Below are positions 9,041 through 17,590 of a DNA stretch of 64,000 bases, piece by piece (position 1 is the first letter of the stretch; the number at the start of each line of letters is the position of its first letter). Origin of the DNA: Escherichia phage LF82-9; the sequence record PV660452. The stretch is one strand, 5' to 3'. The translations under genes and the position numbers were made by a program. Under the pieces are notes generated by a model. It had not been told where the DNA came from, did no database searches, and worked only from the letters and a program-made list of their open reading frames with translations.

Positions 9041-9256
9041 TTAAGCCTTTTTATCAAGAACAGAATTCAGTTTGTTAGTAATTTTATCCAGACGCTCATT
9101 GAACTCATTAGAAGATAAGCCCTTTTCTGGAGAAATTAAACTAATCACGAAAAATACACCAGTAAAAGGAATAAGAAAAATAGCTCCAACTGCCATAAAC
9201 AGAAAGAATGTTACAGTTGTAAGAAAATCAGCTAAACCTTTACGAAATTTATACAT
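9041..9256 (-). CDS. Hypothetical small membrane protein (71 aa)
   Basis: ORF track; central hydrophobic stretch FFLFMAVGAIFLIPFTGVFFVISLI. Confidence 0.5.
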   Translation of the reverse strand: MYKFRKGLADFLTTVTFFLFMAVGAIFLIPFTGVFFVISLISPEKGLSSNEFNERLDKITNKLNSVLDKKA

Positions 9257-9367
9257 ATTTACCCTTAATTAATTAACCAAGCGTTGATAAGCAAACCATA
9301 TTGCGAATAAAATTCTGGGCCAAAATGAAAAATCATATCATTTATAGTATCCATAATATAATTCAAT

Positions 9368-9838
9368 TTAATCATGTTTCCACACCCCATCGGTATTTGA
9401 CCAAAGTCGCTGATTATCTGATCCTCGCCACAGCTTTTTGGTCGGAAGATTTTTCTCATACTTCCCATCAATAATAACATCAACATATTTAAGCATTTTT
9501 AGTTGTTTAATATCTTCAAACTTATATCCTGTCCACAACCAAATGCTTTTATTGGGATAAAGATTTTTAATAGTTTGAACCACAGAGTGAATCACATCTC
9601 GGTTATCAGGATAGAGAGGGTCACCTCCGGTTATAGTCAATCCTTCTATATAATCATTATTCAAACATTCAATTAATTGTTCTAGTGTTTCACCAGTGAA
9701 TGGAATACCATTTCTAGCATTCCATGTTGATTTATTATAACACCCTTCGCATTTATGCAAACAACCTGTGACGAAAAGAACGACCCTACAACCAGGGCCA
9801 TTCACAAAATCGCAAGGATAAAATCTATCATAATTCAT
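9368..9838 (-). CDS. nrdG: Anaerobic ribonucleotide reductase activating protein NrdG (radical SAM)
   Basis: 156 aa; cysteine cluster CRVVLFVTGCLHKCEGC typical of glycyl-radical activases; adjacent to nrdD. Confidence 0.88.
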   Translation of the reverse strand: MNYDRFYPCDFVNGPGCRVVLFVTGCLHKCEGCYNKSTWNARNGIPFTGETLEQLIECLNNDYIEGLTITGGDPLYPDNRDVIHSVVQTIKNLYPNKSIWLWTGYKFEDIKQLKMLKYVDVIIDGKYEKNLPTKKLWRGSDNQRLWSNTDGVWKHD

Positions 9839-11652
9839 TGGTGTTTAACCCTATGCATGATTTCTTTATTTTTGCCGAGATTAAATCCACGTTCGTTCGG
9901 GTTCCCCAAATAACCGCACGTTCTTCTTATGGTGTTCATCTTTTTAGGATCAGTTTCTCCACAAACTGAACAAACAAATCCATTTTCAGTAGGAGTCATC
10001 TCATGGGTACTTCCACACGTAAAACATTTATCTACTGGCATGTTAACACCAAAATAATCTAAATGTTGTGCAGCATAATCCCACACGGCCTCAAGACCTT
10101 TTAAGTTATTTTTCATATCAGGAAGTTCAACATAAGAAATGTGACCACCTGTCGCAATGAAATGATATGGCGCTTCACGAGAAATCTTTTCAAACGGAGT
10201 AATATTTTCTTCTACTGAAACATGGAAACTATTAGTGTACCAGCCTTTATCAGTAACATCCTTTACACTTCCATATTTTTCTGTATCAAGTTTACAGAAG
10301 CGATAACAAAGGTTTTCAGCAGGAGTAGAATACAAGCTAAAAGCAAATCCGGTTCTTTCAGTCCACTGTTTAAGACGAGCATTCATTTTAGTTAAAATTT
10401 CTTGCCCAATATCACGACCGACAAGAATATTCAATTCGTGAATACCAATGTATCCTAAAGACACTGAACTTCTACCGTTTTTAAATAACTCAATTATGTC
10501 GTCATCAGGTTTAAGACGAACCCCGAATGCACCTTCTTGGTAAAGAATAGGAGCAACAGTCGCTTTAACACCCTTTAAAGAACTAATTCTACACATCAAG
10601 GCTTCAAAACACAGATCCATTCGTTCATTAAATAATTCGATAAATTTCTGTTCATTGAACTGTGTTCCAATATAAGAATCTAATGCGATACGAGGAAGAT
10701 TCAGTGTTACAACACCAAGATTATTACGTCCATCAAGAATTTCATTACCAGTCGAATCTTTCCATACGCTCAAGAAACTACGGCAGCCCATTGGAGAAAC
10801 TGGAACTGAAGAACCGGTAATAGCTTTATTATTCTTAACAGAAATAATGTCAGGATACATTCTTTTGCTTGCACATTCTAACGCAAGTTGTTTAATATCA
10901 TAGTTCGGATCATCTTTATAAAGATTAACACCTTCTTCAACAAACATAACAAGTTTAGGAAAAATAGGAGTTATTCCATCACGACCAAGACCTTTAATCC
11001 GATTTTTCAGAATTGCCTTCTGAATCATTCGTTCAGTCCAATCGGTTCCCGTACCAAATGTAATTGTTACAAAAGGCGTTTGTCCGTTTGAACTAAAGAG
11101 AGTATTTACTTCATATTCATAAGCTTGGAACGCATCGTATACGTCTTTTTCTGTTTTAGATTGGGCATAATTCAACGCATCAGCGATTTGCCATTTTTCT
11201 GCATCCTCAATATGTTTTGCATAGGTGCGTTTAACATAAGGAGAAAGAACTTTATCGACATTCGCAAATGTAGTTCCGCCATACTGATGTGAAGCAACTT
11301 GTGCAGTAATTTGTGCCATAATTGCAGTAGCAACACCAATCGATTTAGGCGTTTCAATTTGAGCATTGCCTAATTTAAATCCATTCTCAAGCATCCCCTT
11401 TAAATCGACTAAACAGCAATTAGTAAATGGAAGAGCAGGAGAATAATCAATATCATGCATATGAATGATTCCGCTTTCATGCGCATTCATAATAAAAGAC
11501 GGGACCATATTTTTGGCAATGTGCTTAGACACAATACCAGCCATAAGGTCCCGTTGAGTTGGAAAAACACGAGAATCTTTATTAGCATTCTCGTTCAAAA
11601 GATCTTTATTAGTTTTATAAATTAATCCTTCAATTTCTTTTTCAATTTTCAT
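9835..11652 (-). CDS. nrdD: Anaerobic ribonucleotide reductase NrdD (class III, glycyl radical), uninterrupted
   Basis: 605 aa continuous ORF; C-terminal glycyl-radical motif RRTCGYLG and zinc-ribbon cysteines CFTCGS...CSVCG. Confidence 0.92.
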   Translation of the reverse strand: MKIEKEIEGLIYKTNKDLLNENANKDSRVFPTQRDLMAGIVSKHIAKNMVPSFIMNAHESGIIHMHDIDYSPALPFTNCCLVDLKGMLENGFKLGNAQIETPKSIGVATAIMAQITAQVASHQYGGTTFANVDKVLSPYVKRTYAKHIEDAEKWQIADALNYAQSKTEKDVYDAFQAYEYEVNTLFSSNGQTPFVTITFGTGTDWTERMIQKAILKNRIKGLGRDGITPIFPKLVMFVEEGVNLYKDDPNYDIKQLALECASKRMYPDIISVKNNKAITGSSVPVSPMGCRSFLSVWKDSTGNEILDGRNNLGVVTLNLPRIALDSYIGTQFNEQKFIELFNERMDLCFEALMCRISSLKGVKATVAPILYQEGAFGVRLKPDDDIIELFKNGRSSVSLGYIGIHELNILVGRDIGQEILTKMNARLKQWTERTGFAFSLYSTPAENLCYRFCKLDTEKYGSVKDVTDKGWYTNSFHVSVEENITPFEKISREAPYHFIATGGHISYVELPDMKNNLKGLEAVWDYAAQHLDYFGVNMPVDKCFTCGSTHEMTPTENGFVCSVCGETDPKKMNTIRRTCGYLGNPNERGFNLGKNKEIMHRVKHQ

Positions 11653-12122
11653 TTTAAACTCTTTCTAAGCTGCTTTTTGAATGAAGCTATTAATTGTGTT
11701 TTAGTATCAGATTCATTATATTCAAATCCTCTTTGAAGCATCTCGGTCATCATTTCCTCTTTACCTAGTCTTGAGAACTCTTTAGTTTTGTCTGGAACAA
11801 AATTAGGATGGATATTATTATCAGAATAATCTTGTTTCAAATAAGCAAGAAGAGCTTCAAGCCATTCGAGGTAGTCGACATCACGTCCTTTAAGACCGGA
11901 ACGGTTGAACTTATGCTTCATTTGACCTTCTGCTGCGTTGCACAGATTACAGAGTAATCCACGAACTCTACCGGCTTTTGGCCCGTTTAATTCATGGTCG
12001 TGGTCAAGATGGTTACCTTGAACATCAGGGTCTAATTCACGGTGGCAAATAGGACACTTACCATTCTGTGCATCATAAAATTTTTGTTTTTCTTCTTTAT
12101 ATTTTGCGCCTGATAATAACAT
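11649..12122 (-). CDS. 49: Endonuclease VII (Holliday junction resolvase) gp49
   Basis: 157 aa; ...GKCPICHRELDPDVQGNHLDHDHELNGPKAGRVRGLLCNLCNAAEG... matches T4 EndoVII. Confidence 0.92.
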   Translation of the reverse strand: MLLSGAKYKEEKQKFYDAQNGKCPICHRELDPDVQGNHLDHDHELNGPKAGRVRGLLCNLCNAAEGQMKHKFNRSGLKGRDVDYLEWLEALLAYLKQDYSDNNIHPNFVPDKTKEFSRLGKEEMMTEMLQRGFEYNESDTKTQLIASFKKQLRKSLK

Positions 12123-12157
12123 GATAAACCCTTACCTTAAATAGATAAGGGTATTTA

Positions 12158-12583
12158 TTAACTTAAACGTCTTTCTAAATATTCAATGTATTCTGCGGCT
12201 GCTTGCATCAGGTTACCTTCATAGCCGTCGTTATTTTCTTGTCCAGCTAATTTAGCTAATGCATAAGAAATTCGTTCACCTTCGAATTCACCAAGTTTAC
12301 TACCTAGCACATCAGCAATATCAGCCGAATCAATTTCTTCGAGTTCATCTATTGAATGGGATTCCCAGAAGCACCAAAGAGAAGTATCACGGTCATAGAT
12401 GCAAAGTTTCTCACCTGTGTTCAACATCACTTCGATAATGCCATGGTCGCCATAACCATCTTCGGTAGTAGTACCAATTACCTTGAGGATTGTTCCTTTC
12501 TTTAATTCAGGAAACTTGACTTGTAGTTCTTCGTCTTCTTTAACAATCTTGAACCATTTACCGCGAGTTTCAGAAATATTCAT
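12158..12583 (-). CDS. Hypothetical protein (141 aa); positional candidate for pin (Lon protease inhibitor), not verified
   Basis: ORF track 12158..12721 trimmed to ATG MNISETRGKWF...; lies between 49 and nrdC as pin does in T4. Confidence 0.45.
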   Translation of the reverse strand: MNISETRGKWFKIVKEDEELQVKFPELKKGTILKVIGTTTEDGYGDHGIIEVMLNTGEKLCIYDRDTSLWCFWESHSIDELEEIDSADIADVLGSKLGEFEGERISYALAKLAGQENNDGYEGNLMQAAAEYIEYLERRLS

Positions 12584-12584
12584 A

Positions 12585-12755
12585 TCAATATTCTCTATAA
12601 AAGTTACGATGAGAACGTTTAGCTTTGCGAAGCTGACGTTTAGTAGGACGAACTGTAAATAGTTGTCCAGAGAAAAAATTCGAATCGGTTTTAATAAGCA
12701 AATACCAATCATGCTTGCCATTTTTTAATAAACGGTACAATAATTTAACTTGCAT
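12585..12755 (-). CDS. Hypothetical small basic protein (56 aa)
   Basis: ORF track 12585..12782 trimmed to ATG at 12755. Confidence 0.3.
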   Translation of the reverse strand: MQVKLLYRLLKNGKHDWYLLIKTDSNFFSGQLFTVRPTKRQLRKAKRSHRNFYREY

Positions 12756-12903
12756 AATAATCTCTTCCCATTTCCATATCAATTAATTCATTTATTGAAG
12801 GTTCATCATAACATGGTTCTTCGTCGTTGTAAACCGTTTCGACGTCTGGCTCGACAGTCTCCCATCGAGCAGAATACCACGGTTTAACCCCGGAGTTTAT
12901 TGA
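12745..12903 (-). CDS. Hypothetical small acidic protein (52 aa); below ORF-track cutoff
   Basis: Manual translation MKSSINSGVKPWYSARWETVEPDVETVYNDEEP... Confidence 0.3.
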   Translation of the reverse strand, partial: SINSGVKPWYSARWETVEPDVETVYNDEEPCYDEPSINELIDMEMGRDYYAS

Positions 12904-13219
12904 GCTCTTCATAATCAATCCAGGATTCTAGCCCTGACGGCAGGTCACATTCAATGTTCCACAGAAGCTCTTCAATGGCTTGCAGGCGATTATATTCTTC
13001 AACAGTAATAGTAACCATTGTTTCAGGCTTTTTAACCATCATGTCATTCATCAGAATGTACAGATCTTCACAAACAGCCGGGTCGTCCCATGTCCATATT
13101 TCAGCATCTCGAACCAATGAAGTCGGAATAGAATTTAAAACTTCAAGCTTAGTAGGAGCGTCAGGACCGAGAAGAGTTGCTACAAATTTATATGCTTTGG
13201 CGAAATCAATATCGTTCAT
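12884..13219 (-). CDS. Hypothetical acidic protein (111 aa)
   Basis: ORF track; start region duplicates the nrdC-end/next-gene junction sequence. Confidence 0.5.
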   Translation of the reverse strand: MNDIDFAKAYKFVATLLGPDAPTKLEVLNSIPTSLVRDAEIWTWDDPAVCEDLYILMNDMMVKKPETMVTITVEEYNRLQAIEELLWNIECDLPSGLESWIDYEELNKLRG

Positions 13220-13238
13220 TTAAAATATTCTCGCAGTT
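13216..13238. repeat. 23-bp direct repeat, copy 1 (TCATTTAAAATATTCTCGCAGTT)
   Basis: Exact match to 13530-13552; each copy spans a start codon and its leader. Confidence 0.8.
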
Positions 13239-13534
13239 TATTGTTCTACCCAGGCACAGGAAACTTCGAAATCAGGACCACCGTATTCCCAGTGATATTC
13301 ACCAACAGGAATCCAGTCACCGTGCTCGTTTTCTTCGTAGTCTTCAGGTTCAAGACCAACGAATCGCCATTGAACACCTATGATTCGATTACCCATTAAT
13401 ATACGAAATTCACCCCATGGATTATCGATAGCATATTGGATATCGTTCTTAGCACGAGAACACATTTCTTGATATAACAAAGCTTCTAATTCGCCCTGAT
13501 CATAAGGGCCCGGGAAAGTTAAATCAATACTCAT
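13238..13534 (-). CDS. Hypothetical protein (98 aa) bounded by 23-bp direct repeats
   Basis: ORF track; ATG overlaps the nrdC stop (ATGA); W/E/Y-rich. Confidence 0.5.
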   Translation of the reverse strand: MSIDLTFPGPYDQGELEALLYQEMCSRAKNDIQYAIDNPWGEFRILMGNRIIGVQWRFVGLEPEDYEENEHGDWIPVGEYHWEYGGPDFEVSCAWVEQ

Positions 13535-13552
13535 TTAAAATATTCTCGCAGT
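13530..13552. repeat. 23-bp direct repeat, copy 2 (overlaps the nrdC 3-prime end)
   Basis: Exact match to 13216-13238. Confidence 0.8.
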
Positions 13553-13794
13553 TGGTCAAATCCACCAATATGACTTCCATCAGGAGCAAATACTTGAGGC
13601 ATAGTCAATCCAACTTGTGATTCACGTCCTAGTTTATTCAGAAGCTCGTCAATTTTTTCTTCATCAAATACACCTTTCTCTGGCATAACATTAATGAATT
13701 CGAATGGCTGTTTCTTAACAGTCAGCAATCGTTTCGCATTATCACAATAAATGCATTTATGAATAGTAGAGTCATACCCGTACACTTTAAACAT
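13531..13794 (-). CDS. nrdC: Thioredoxin/glutaredoxin NrdC
   Basis: MFKVYGYDSTIHKCIYCDNAKRLL...MPQVFAPDGSHIGGFDQLREYFK matches T4 NrdC from memory; start set at the ATG giving 87 aa. Confidence 0.9.
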   Translation of the reverse strand: MFKVYGYDSTIHKCIYCDNAKRLLTVKKQPFEFINVMPEKGVFDEEKIDELLNKLGRESQVGLTMPQVFAPDGSHIGGFDQLREYFK

Positions 13795-14200
13795 TATTTT
13801 TCCTTTCATCGATTAAATATGCAATGCCAAATACAATACATGTAATAAAACCTGTGATACAGATAGAAACCAACAACACTGTACCAAAGAACCAAATCAA
13901 GTTATCTTTAGTAGTTTGTTTGATATCCATCTCACGAATTTCTATAGCTATCGTATCACCTTTATTCAGAAGCGTATAAAACGACGGTGATACACGCCTG
14001 TCAAAAACTCGTCCTTGCTCATCTTTATAGACTGCAATAAATTCTAATTTAGAATATTTTCCTGTAGATTGGCCTGAGATTAATTCCACTACCTCCACAG
14101 GAATTACTTTAGTTTCCATGTAAGTATTCTGACTGTTCCAAATGAATGGAATAACGGCAAAAACTAAAGCTGCGATAAAACAACGAAGGCTATATCTCAT
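13787..14200 (-). CDS. Hypothetical membrane protein (137 aa; N- and C-terminal hydrophobic segments)
   Basis: ORF track; hydrophobic stretches at both ends. Confidence 0.5.
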   Translation of the reverse strand: MRYSLRCFIAALVFAVIPFIWNSQNTYMETKVIPVEVVELISGQSTGKYSKLEFIAVYKDEQGRVFDRRVSPSFYTLLNKGDTIAIEIREMDIKQTTKDNLIWFFGTVLLVSICITGFITCIVFGIAYLIDERKNNV

Positions 14201-14505
14201 TATAATATTCTCTCAAATTTGTGGAAGCATTTACGGCATTTCAATTTCAAGTTATCAGTGGTCCAGTTAACCAGTTGGACTTGGATAGTTCCACATTCCG
14301 GGCATGGATGTTTTGCTGCTGATTTGGCAGCATTTTCACGTCGTTCAACCATTTTCATTATTTCGTTCCATGCTGGAGGAACGAACTCTTCTTCACCGTG
14401 GATTTTATCTCGCTGAACAAATTCAATCTTTGAACTATCGTCAATAAACTTAACCAAGCCATGATTAGTGCTCATATCAATATCCTCTAAAAGACGTAGT
14501 TTCAT
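14200..14505 (-). CDS. Hypothetical zinc-ribbon protein (101 aa)
   Basis: CPECG...CRKCFHKF four-cysteine motif at the C-terminus. Confidence 0.5.
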   Translation of the reverse strand: MKLRLLEDIDMSTNHGLVKFIDDSSKIEFVQRDKIHGEEEFVPPAWNEIMKMVERRENAAKSAAKHPCPECGTIQVQLVNWTTDNLKLKCRKCFHKFERIL

Positions 14506-15455
14506 TATAACACCTCAATGGCATTTCGTAAACCGTCCGCTTTCGCATTCAGAGCTTTTAACGATTTAGTCTGTTCTTTAATCTGGGCTTCGACTTCTTT
14601 CAGACGAGATTTGAGATATTCACGTTCTTCGCTCAAGTTGTCAACTTTTTCTACTTTAGGTTCTTTAATAGTCTTAAGTTTATACTCGTTAGGGTTCTTC
14701 AGCTTAATTCGGGTGCGAGAACTGTATAACATTGAACCGTTATCTTCGGATTCGTCGAACGTTTCAACAACATCCATAGTCTCTAACAATGTAATAAGTT
14801 TATAAGACAATGAACGAACGGTTTTGTTATGCTTATTAATTTCTTCAGCTTTCATGGTACCGAGATTACGTGAGTAGTAATAAGGAACCTGGATATCAAT
14901 TGATAATGATGCGTTACCATTACCGGTCGGTTTGAATACTGCAGTAACCCAATCTTTAACATGAACTTTATTTGTACGACCATCACCGCCCGTGAATAAT
15001 TTACGAGAATGTTTAAAAAGCATATTCACTTGGTTATTGAATTCACAAGCAAATTTATCAGCGAATTTAGTTTCAGGAATGGTAGATAACCAATCAGCCA
15101 AATGAGTCTTTTTAACATCATTAATAATAGTGAATTCAACCAAATCAGTTTTAGATGTCACAGATTTAATAAAGCTCGGTTTCATAAAGTTTTTAATGTT
15201 ATCGCGAGCTACAGTAGAAGATAATAAACGAGAACGTTTGAACCATTGAAGCAGTGTCCCTAATGAATGAGAATACGCATTCTGAGTATCTTTACAGATA
15301 TGATTTTCTTGACCTGTGTATGTACCAAAATCGCGAAGAATACCACTTACTACATCTCGGTGTGGAACATCAAATCCTAGTGCACCAACAGCGCGCTGGG
15401 CACGAACGTTAGCGATAAGACCGGCAAAGTATTCAATGTAATGTGAACGTGTCAT
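14505..15455 (-). CDS. Hypothetical protein with C-terminal coiled coil (316 aa); first of three similar-sized genes
   Basis: ORF track; C-terminal ~60 aa K/E/L heptad-like; own upstream promoter cassette. Confidence 0.6.
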   Translation of the reverse strand: MTRSHYIEYFAGLIANVRAQRAVGALGFDVPHRDVVSGILRDFGTYTGQENHICKDTQNAYSHSLGTLLQWFKRSRLLSSTVARDNIKNFMKPSFIKSVTSKTDLVEFTIINDVKKTHLADWLSTIPETKFADKFACEFNNQVNMLFKHSRKLFTGGDGRTNKVHVKDWVTAVFKPTGNGNASLSIDIQVPYYYSRNLGTMKAEEINKHNKTVRSLSYKLITLLETMDVVETFDESEDNGSMLYSSRTRIKLKNPNEYKLKTIKEPKVEKVDNLSEEREYLKSRLKEVEAQIKEQTKSLKALNAKADGLRNAIEVL

Positions 15456-15480
15456 AATATTTTCCTCTCGTTAAGATAGA

Positions 15481-15513
15481 TTTATTATACTCCAACCATC
15501 CTTGGTTGTAAAC
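15481..15513 (-). promoter_or_regulatory. Early-promoter cassette (TTTACA-N17-TATAAT with spacer hairpin); 30-bp exact repeat of 16501-16530
   Basis: Minus strand reads GTTTACAACCAAGGATGGTTGGAGTATAAT; CAACCA/TGGTTG inverted repeat. Confidence 0.6.
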
Positions 15514-15517
15514 CGTT

Positions 15518-16477
15518 TTATGATTTTAATGCATTCATTGCATTAAAAAGTTTAGAGTACTGCAACTGGAGATTCGTTACAACACTTTGAGCATCACGAA
15601 GCTTAGCTTGTGCTTTGTCAAGTTCAACGGACAGTTGGTCTGCAGTAGCCTTGATTTGGTTGTAATGATAATCTTCGGCCGGAAGAAGGTCATTAGAAAC
15701 ATTTAGTTTTACTGCCGACAGTTTGCACACATTTGGCAAACCTTTAAACATACCGGGTTGTGTCGGAGAATATGCGCTTAGAACCTCTGCATTACCGACT
15801 GGTGTTGCTGTAATATTGCCTTCAAACAATGCATTTTCCTTTTTAAGATTTTGATAGTATTCAGAGTCTTTGTGCCACCATGGCGCAGGAACCTTTTTAC
15901 CAATAGATACACGAGCCTGGATAGCGATATGGCCCTTATTCTTGATAGGGTCGATAATATTAAGCTCACGAGAATAAATTGCTTTAATTTGGTGAATATT
16001 ATCACCTAACACTTCCAACGCTTGGTGGAATACACGAGCAACGTTATCGTTCTTAGGTTTATATGTAAGAGTGAACTCGTTCTCACTGATAACCATGATT
16101 TCTAACTTATCGTAAGTATATTTCAAATGTTTCATGTTAATTGCTTGAGGACGAATACGAGAAGCAATGGCCATCAGATTGTTAAGGTTATTTCGGAACT
16201 GTTTAGCGAAATATTGTCCTTCACCGCCGATACAAAAATTACGAAGTTTCTGTTTGGCTAATAAACGGCTGAACTCACCATTTTTAATGAACTCTTTAAC
16301 GGGTGTGTTAGTAATGCATTCAAATTGAGTAAACATACGAGAATTAATCCCATAATATGAACAGATTTCCTCAATCTCTTCAGGAGTCTTTACAGGCATA
16401 CGGATAGGATTAGGTCCTGGAGTATATGCGTTCGAGGTAAATTCTTTGATAAGTTCTCTACGTGTAATAAAAGCCAT
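15518..16477 (-). CDS. Hypothetical protein with C-terminal coiled coil (319 aa); second of three
   Basis: ORF track; flanked by 30-bp direct repeats. Confidence 0.6.
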   Translation of the reverse strand: MAFITRRELIKEFTSNAYTPGPNPIRMPVKTPEEIEEICSYYGINSRMFTQFECITNTPVKEFIKNGEFSRLLAKQKLRNFCIGGEGQYFAKQFRNNLNNLMAIASRIRPQAINMKHLKYTYDKLEIMVISENEFTLTYKPKNDNVARVFHQALEVLGDNIHQIKAIYSRELNIIDPIKNKGHIAIQARVSIGKKVPAPWWHKDSEYYQNLKKENALFEGNITATPVGNAEVLSAYSPTQPGMFKGLPNVCKLSAVKLNVSNDLLPAEDYHYNQIKATADQLSVELDKAQAKLRDAQSVVTNLQLQYSKLFNAMNALKS

Positions 16478-16500
16478 TTTATATTCCTCATGTTGAAAAA

Positions 16501-16532
16501 TTTATTATACTCCAACCATCCTTGGTTGTACA
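16501..16532 (-). promoter_or_regulatory. Early-promoter cassette (TGTACA-N17-TATAAT); 30-bp exact repeat of 15481-15510
   Basis: Sequence identity with 15481-15510; sigma70-like spacing. Confidence 0.5.
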
Positions 16533-17528
16533 TCATTCCTTAAGAAGTTTTACTACTTGAATAAGATTAGCTCGTTCTGTTTTATTTTTACCGTTTAAGC
16601 CTGCTAATCGTGAGATTTCATCGTCAGTCTGTTGAATAGTTACATTAAGTTCGTTAATCAAAGCTTCAAAGTATTTGATTTGCTCAGCATGTTTTGATTC
16701 AAATTTCTGAACCGGAATAACGTCTTGGTTCAGTCCATCAATAAGGTCTTTAAGAGCATCTTCTTGGTTGATATCATATTCAACTTCCTTTATTTCTTCA
16801 ACGAGCTCGTCTTTATATCTAACGTCTTTTAGTCCTGGTGCTGGTCCTGAAATCTCTTCTTTAAGAGTACAAACATACCCAATACGGTATCCAATGCCGT
16901 CTCGCTTGATATCAACTTCGTCGATAAATCCACAATGTTTAAGTCCAGAGCCGATTATGTCAAAATATCCTTGACGACGTCCTTCAAACGTTACACGAAC
17001 TACTAAGACAGTTTTGCCACCGACCTTTTGAAGCTCACATTTATAAAAGTCCGTTGAACCTGAATAACGTGGATGAGTTTTAAAGTTCATCTGACGATCT
17101 AGGCCCATTTGTAAACGTGCTGTTACGGCCATAAAACGTGTTTGGTTCTCGTTAAGATGAGCAACAATCCATTTCAAAGGCATTTTACACTGTTCACGAC
17201 CGAACAAATCAGTACGTCCTAGATTACGCAGGATGTTGTTAGAGTTAATCATCGACAGAACGTTAAGTTTATTCAACGCGCTGAAGATTCCGTCAGCCAT
17301 TGATTTTCCATAACCTTTACACGCTTTAATAAGTGCTCGCGGCAGATTAGTATAGATTTCAGACGGCATATGAAAATCAAATTTACTAGTCAGTAATTGA
17401 TGAACTTGGATAGCAATTTGCTCATAATTAAGTGCTCTGCGATCGTTATGGTCTTTAAACCACACTTTAATCTGTGAAGCACATAAACCGTTAATTTCAT
17501 GTTTTACCGCATCAGATGTAATGCTCAT
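16533..17528 (-). CDS. Hypothetical protein with C-terminal coiled coil (331 aa); third of three
   Basis: ORF track; C-terminal heptad-like region. Confidence 0.6.
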   Translation of the reverse strand: MSITSDAVKHEINGLCASQIKVWFKDHNDRRALNYEQIAIQVHQLLTSKFDFHMPSEIYTNLPRALIKACKGYGKSMADGIFSALNKLNVLSMINSNNILRNLGRTDLFGREQCKMPLKWIVAHLNENQTRFMAVTARLQMGLDRQMNFKTHPRYSGSTDFYKCELQKVGGKTVLVVRVTFEGRRQGYFDIIGSGLKHCGFIDEVDIKRDGIGYRIGYVCTLKEEISGPAPGLKDVRYKDELVEEIKEVEYDINQEDALKDLIDGLNQDVIPVQKFESKHAEQIKYFEALINELNVTIQQTDDEISRLAGLNGKNKTERANLIQVVKLLKE

Positions 17529-17563
17529 AACTATTTCCTCAGATTGAATTGGAACTCAAAACC

Positions 17564-17590
17564 ATTATAACCCGTCCTTGGGTAAAGCGT
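17564..17590 (-). promoter_or_regulatory. Candidate middle-type promoter (MotA-box-like GCTTTA ~13 nt upstream of TATAAT)
   Basis: Minus strand AAACGCTTTACCCAAGGACGGGTTATAAT; spacing matches T4 middle promoters, box has one mismatch to TGCTT. Confidence 0.3.

Noticed and set aside
9265-9486. 73 aa ORF 9265..9486 overlapping the nrdG 3-prime end
   Set aside because: Most of it overlaps nrdG out of frame; only a ~36-codon remainder with no clear RBS is left, so it is not annotated.
12120-12160. Inverted repeat ACCCTTA...TAAGGGT between the gene 49 start and the upstream gene
   Set aside because: Short stem with an 11-nt loop and no adjacent U-run or promoter hexamers; could not be assigned a role.
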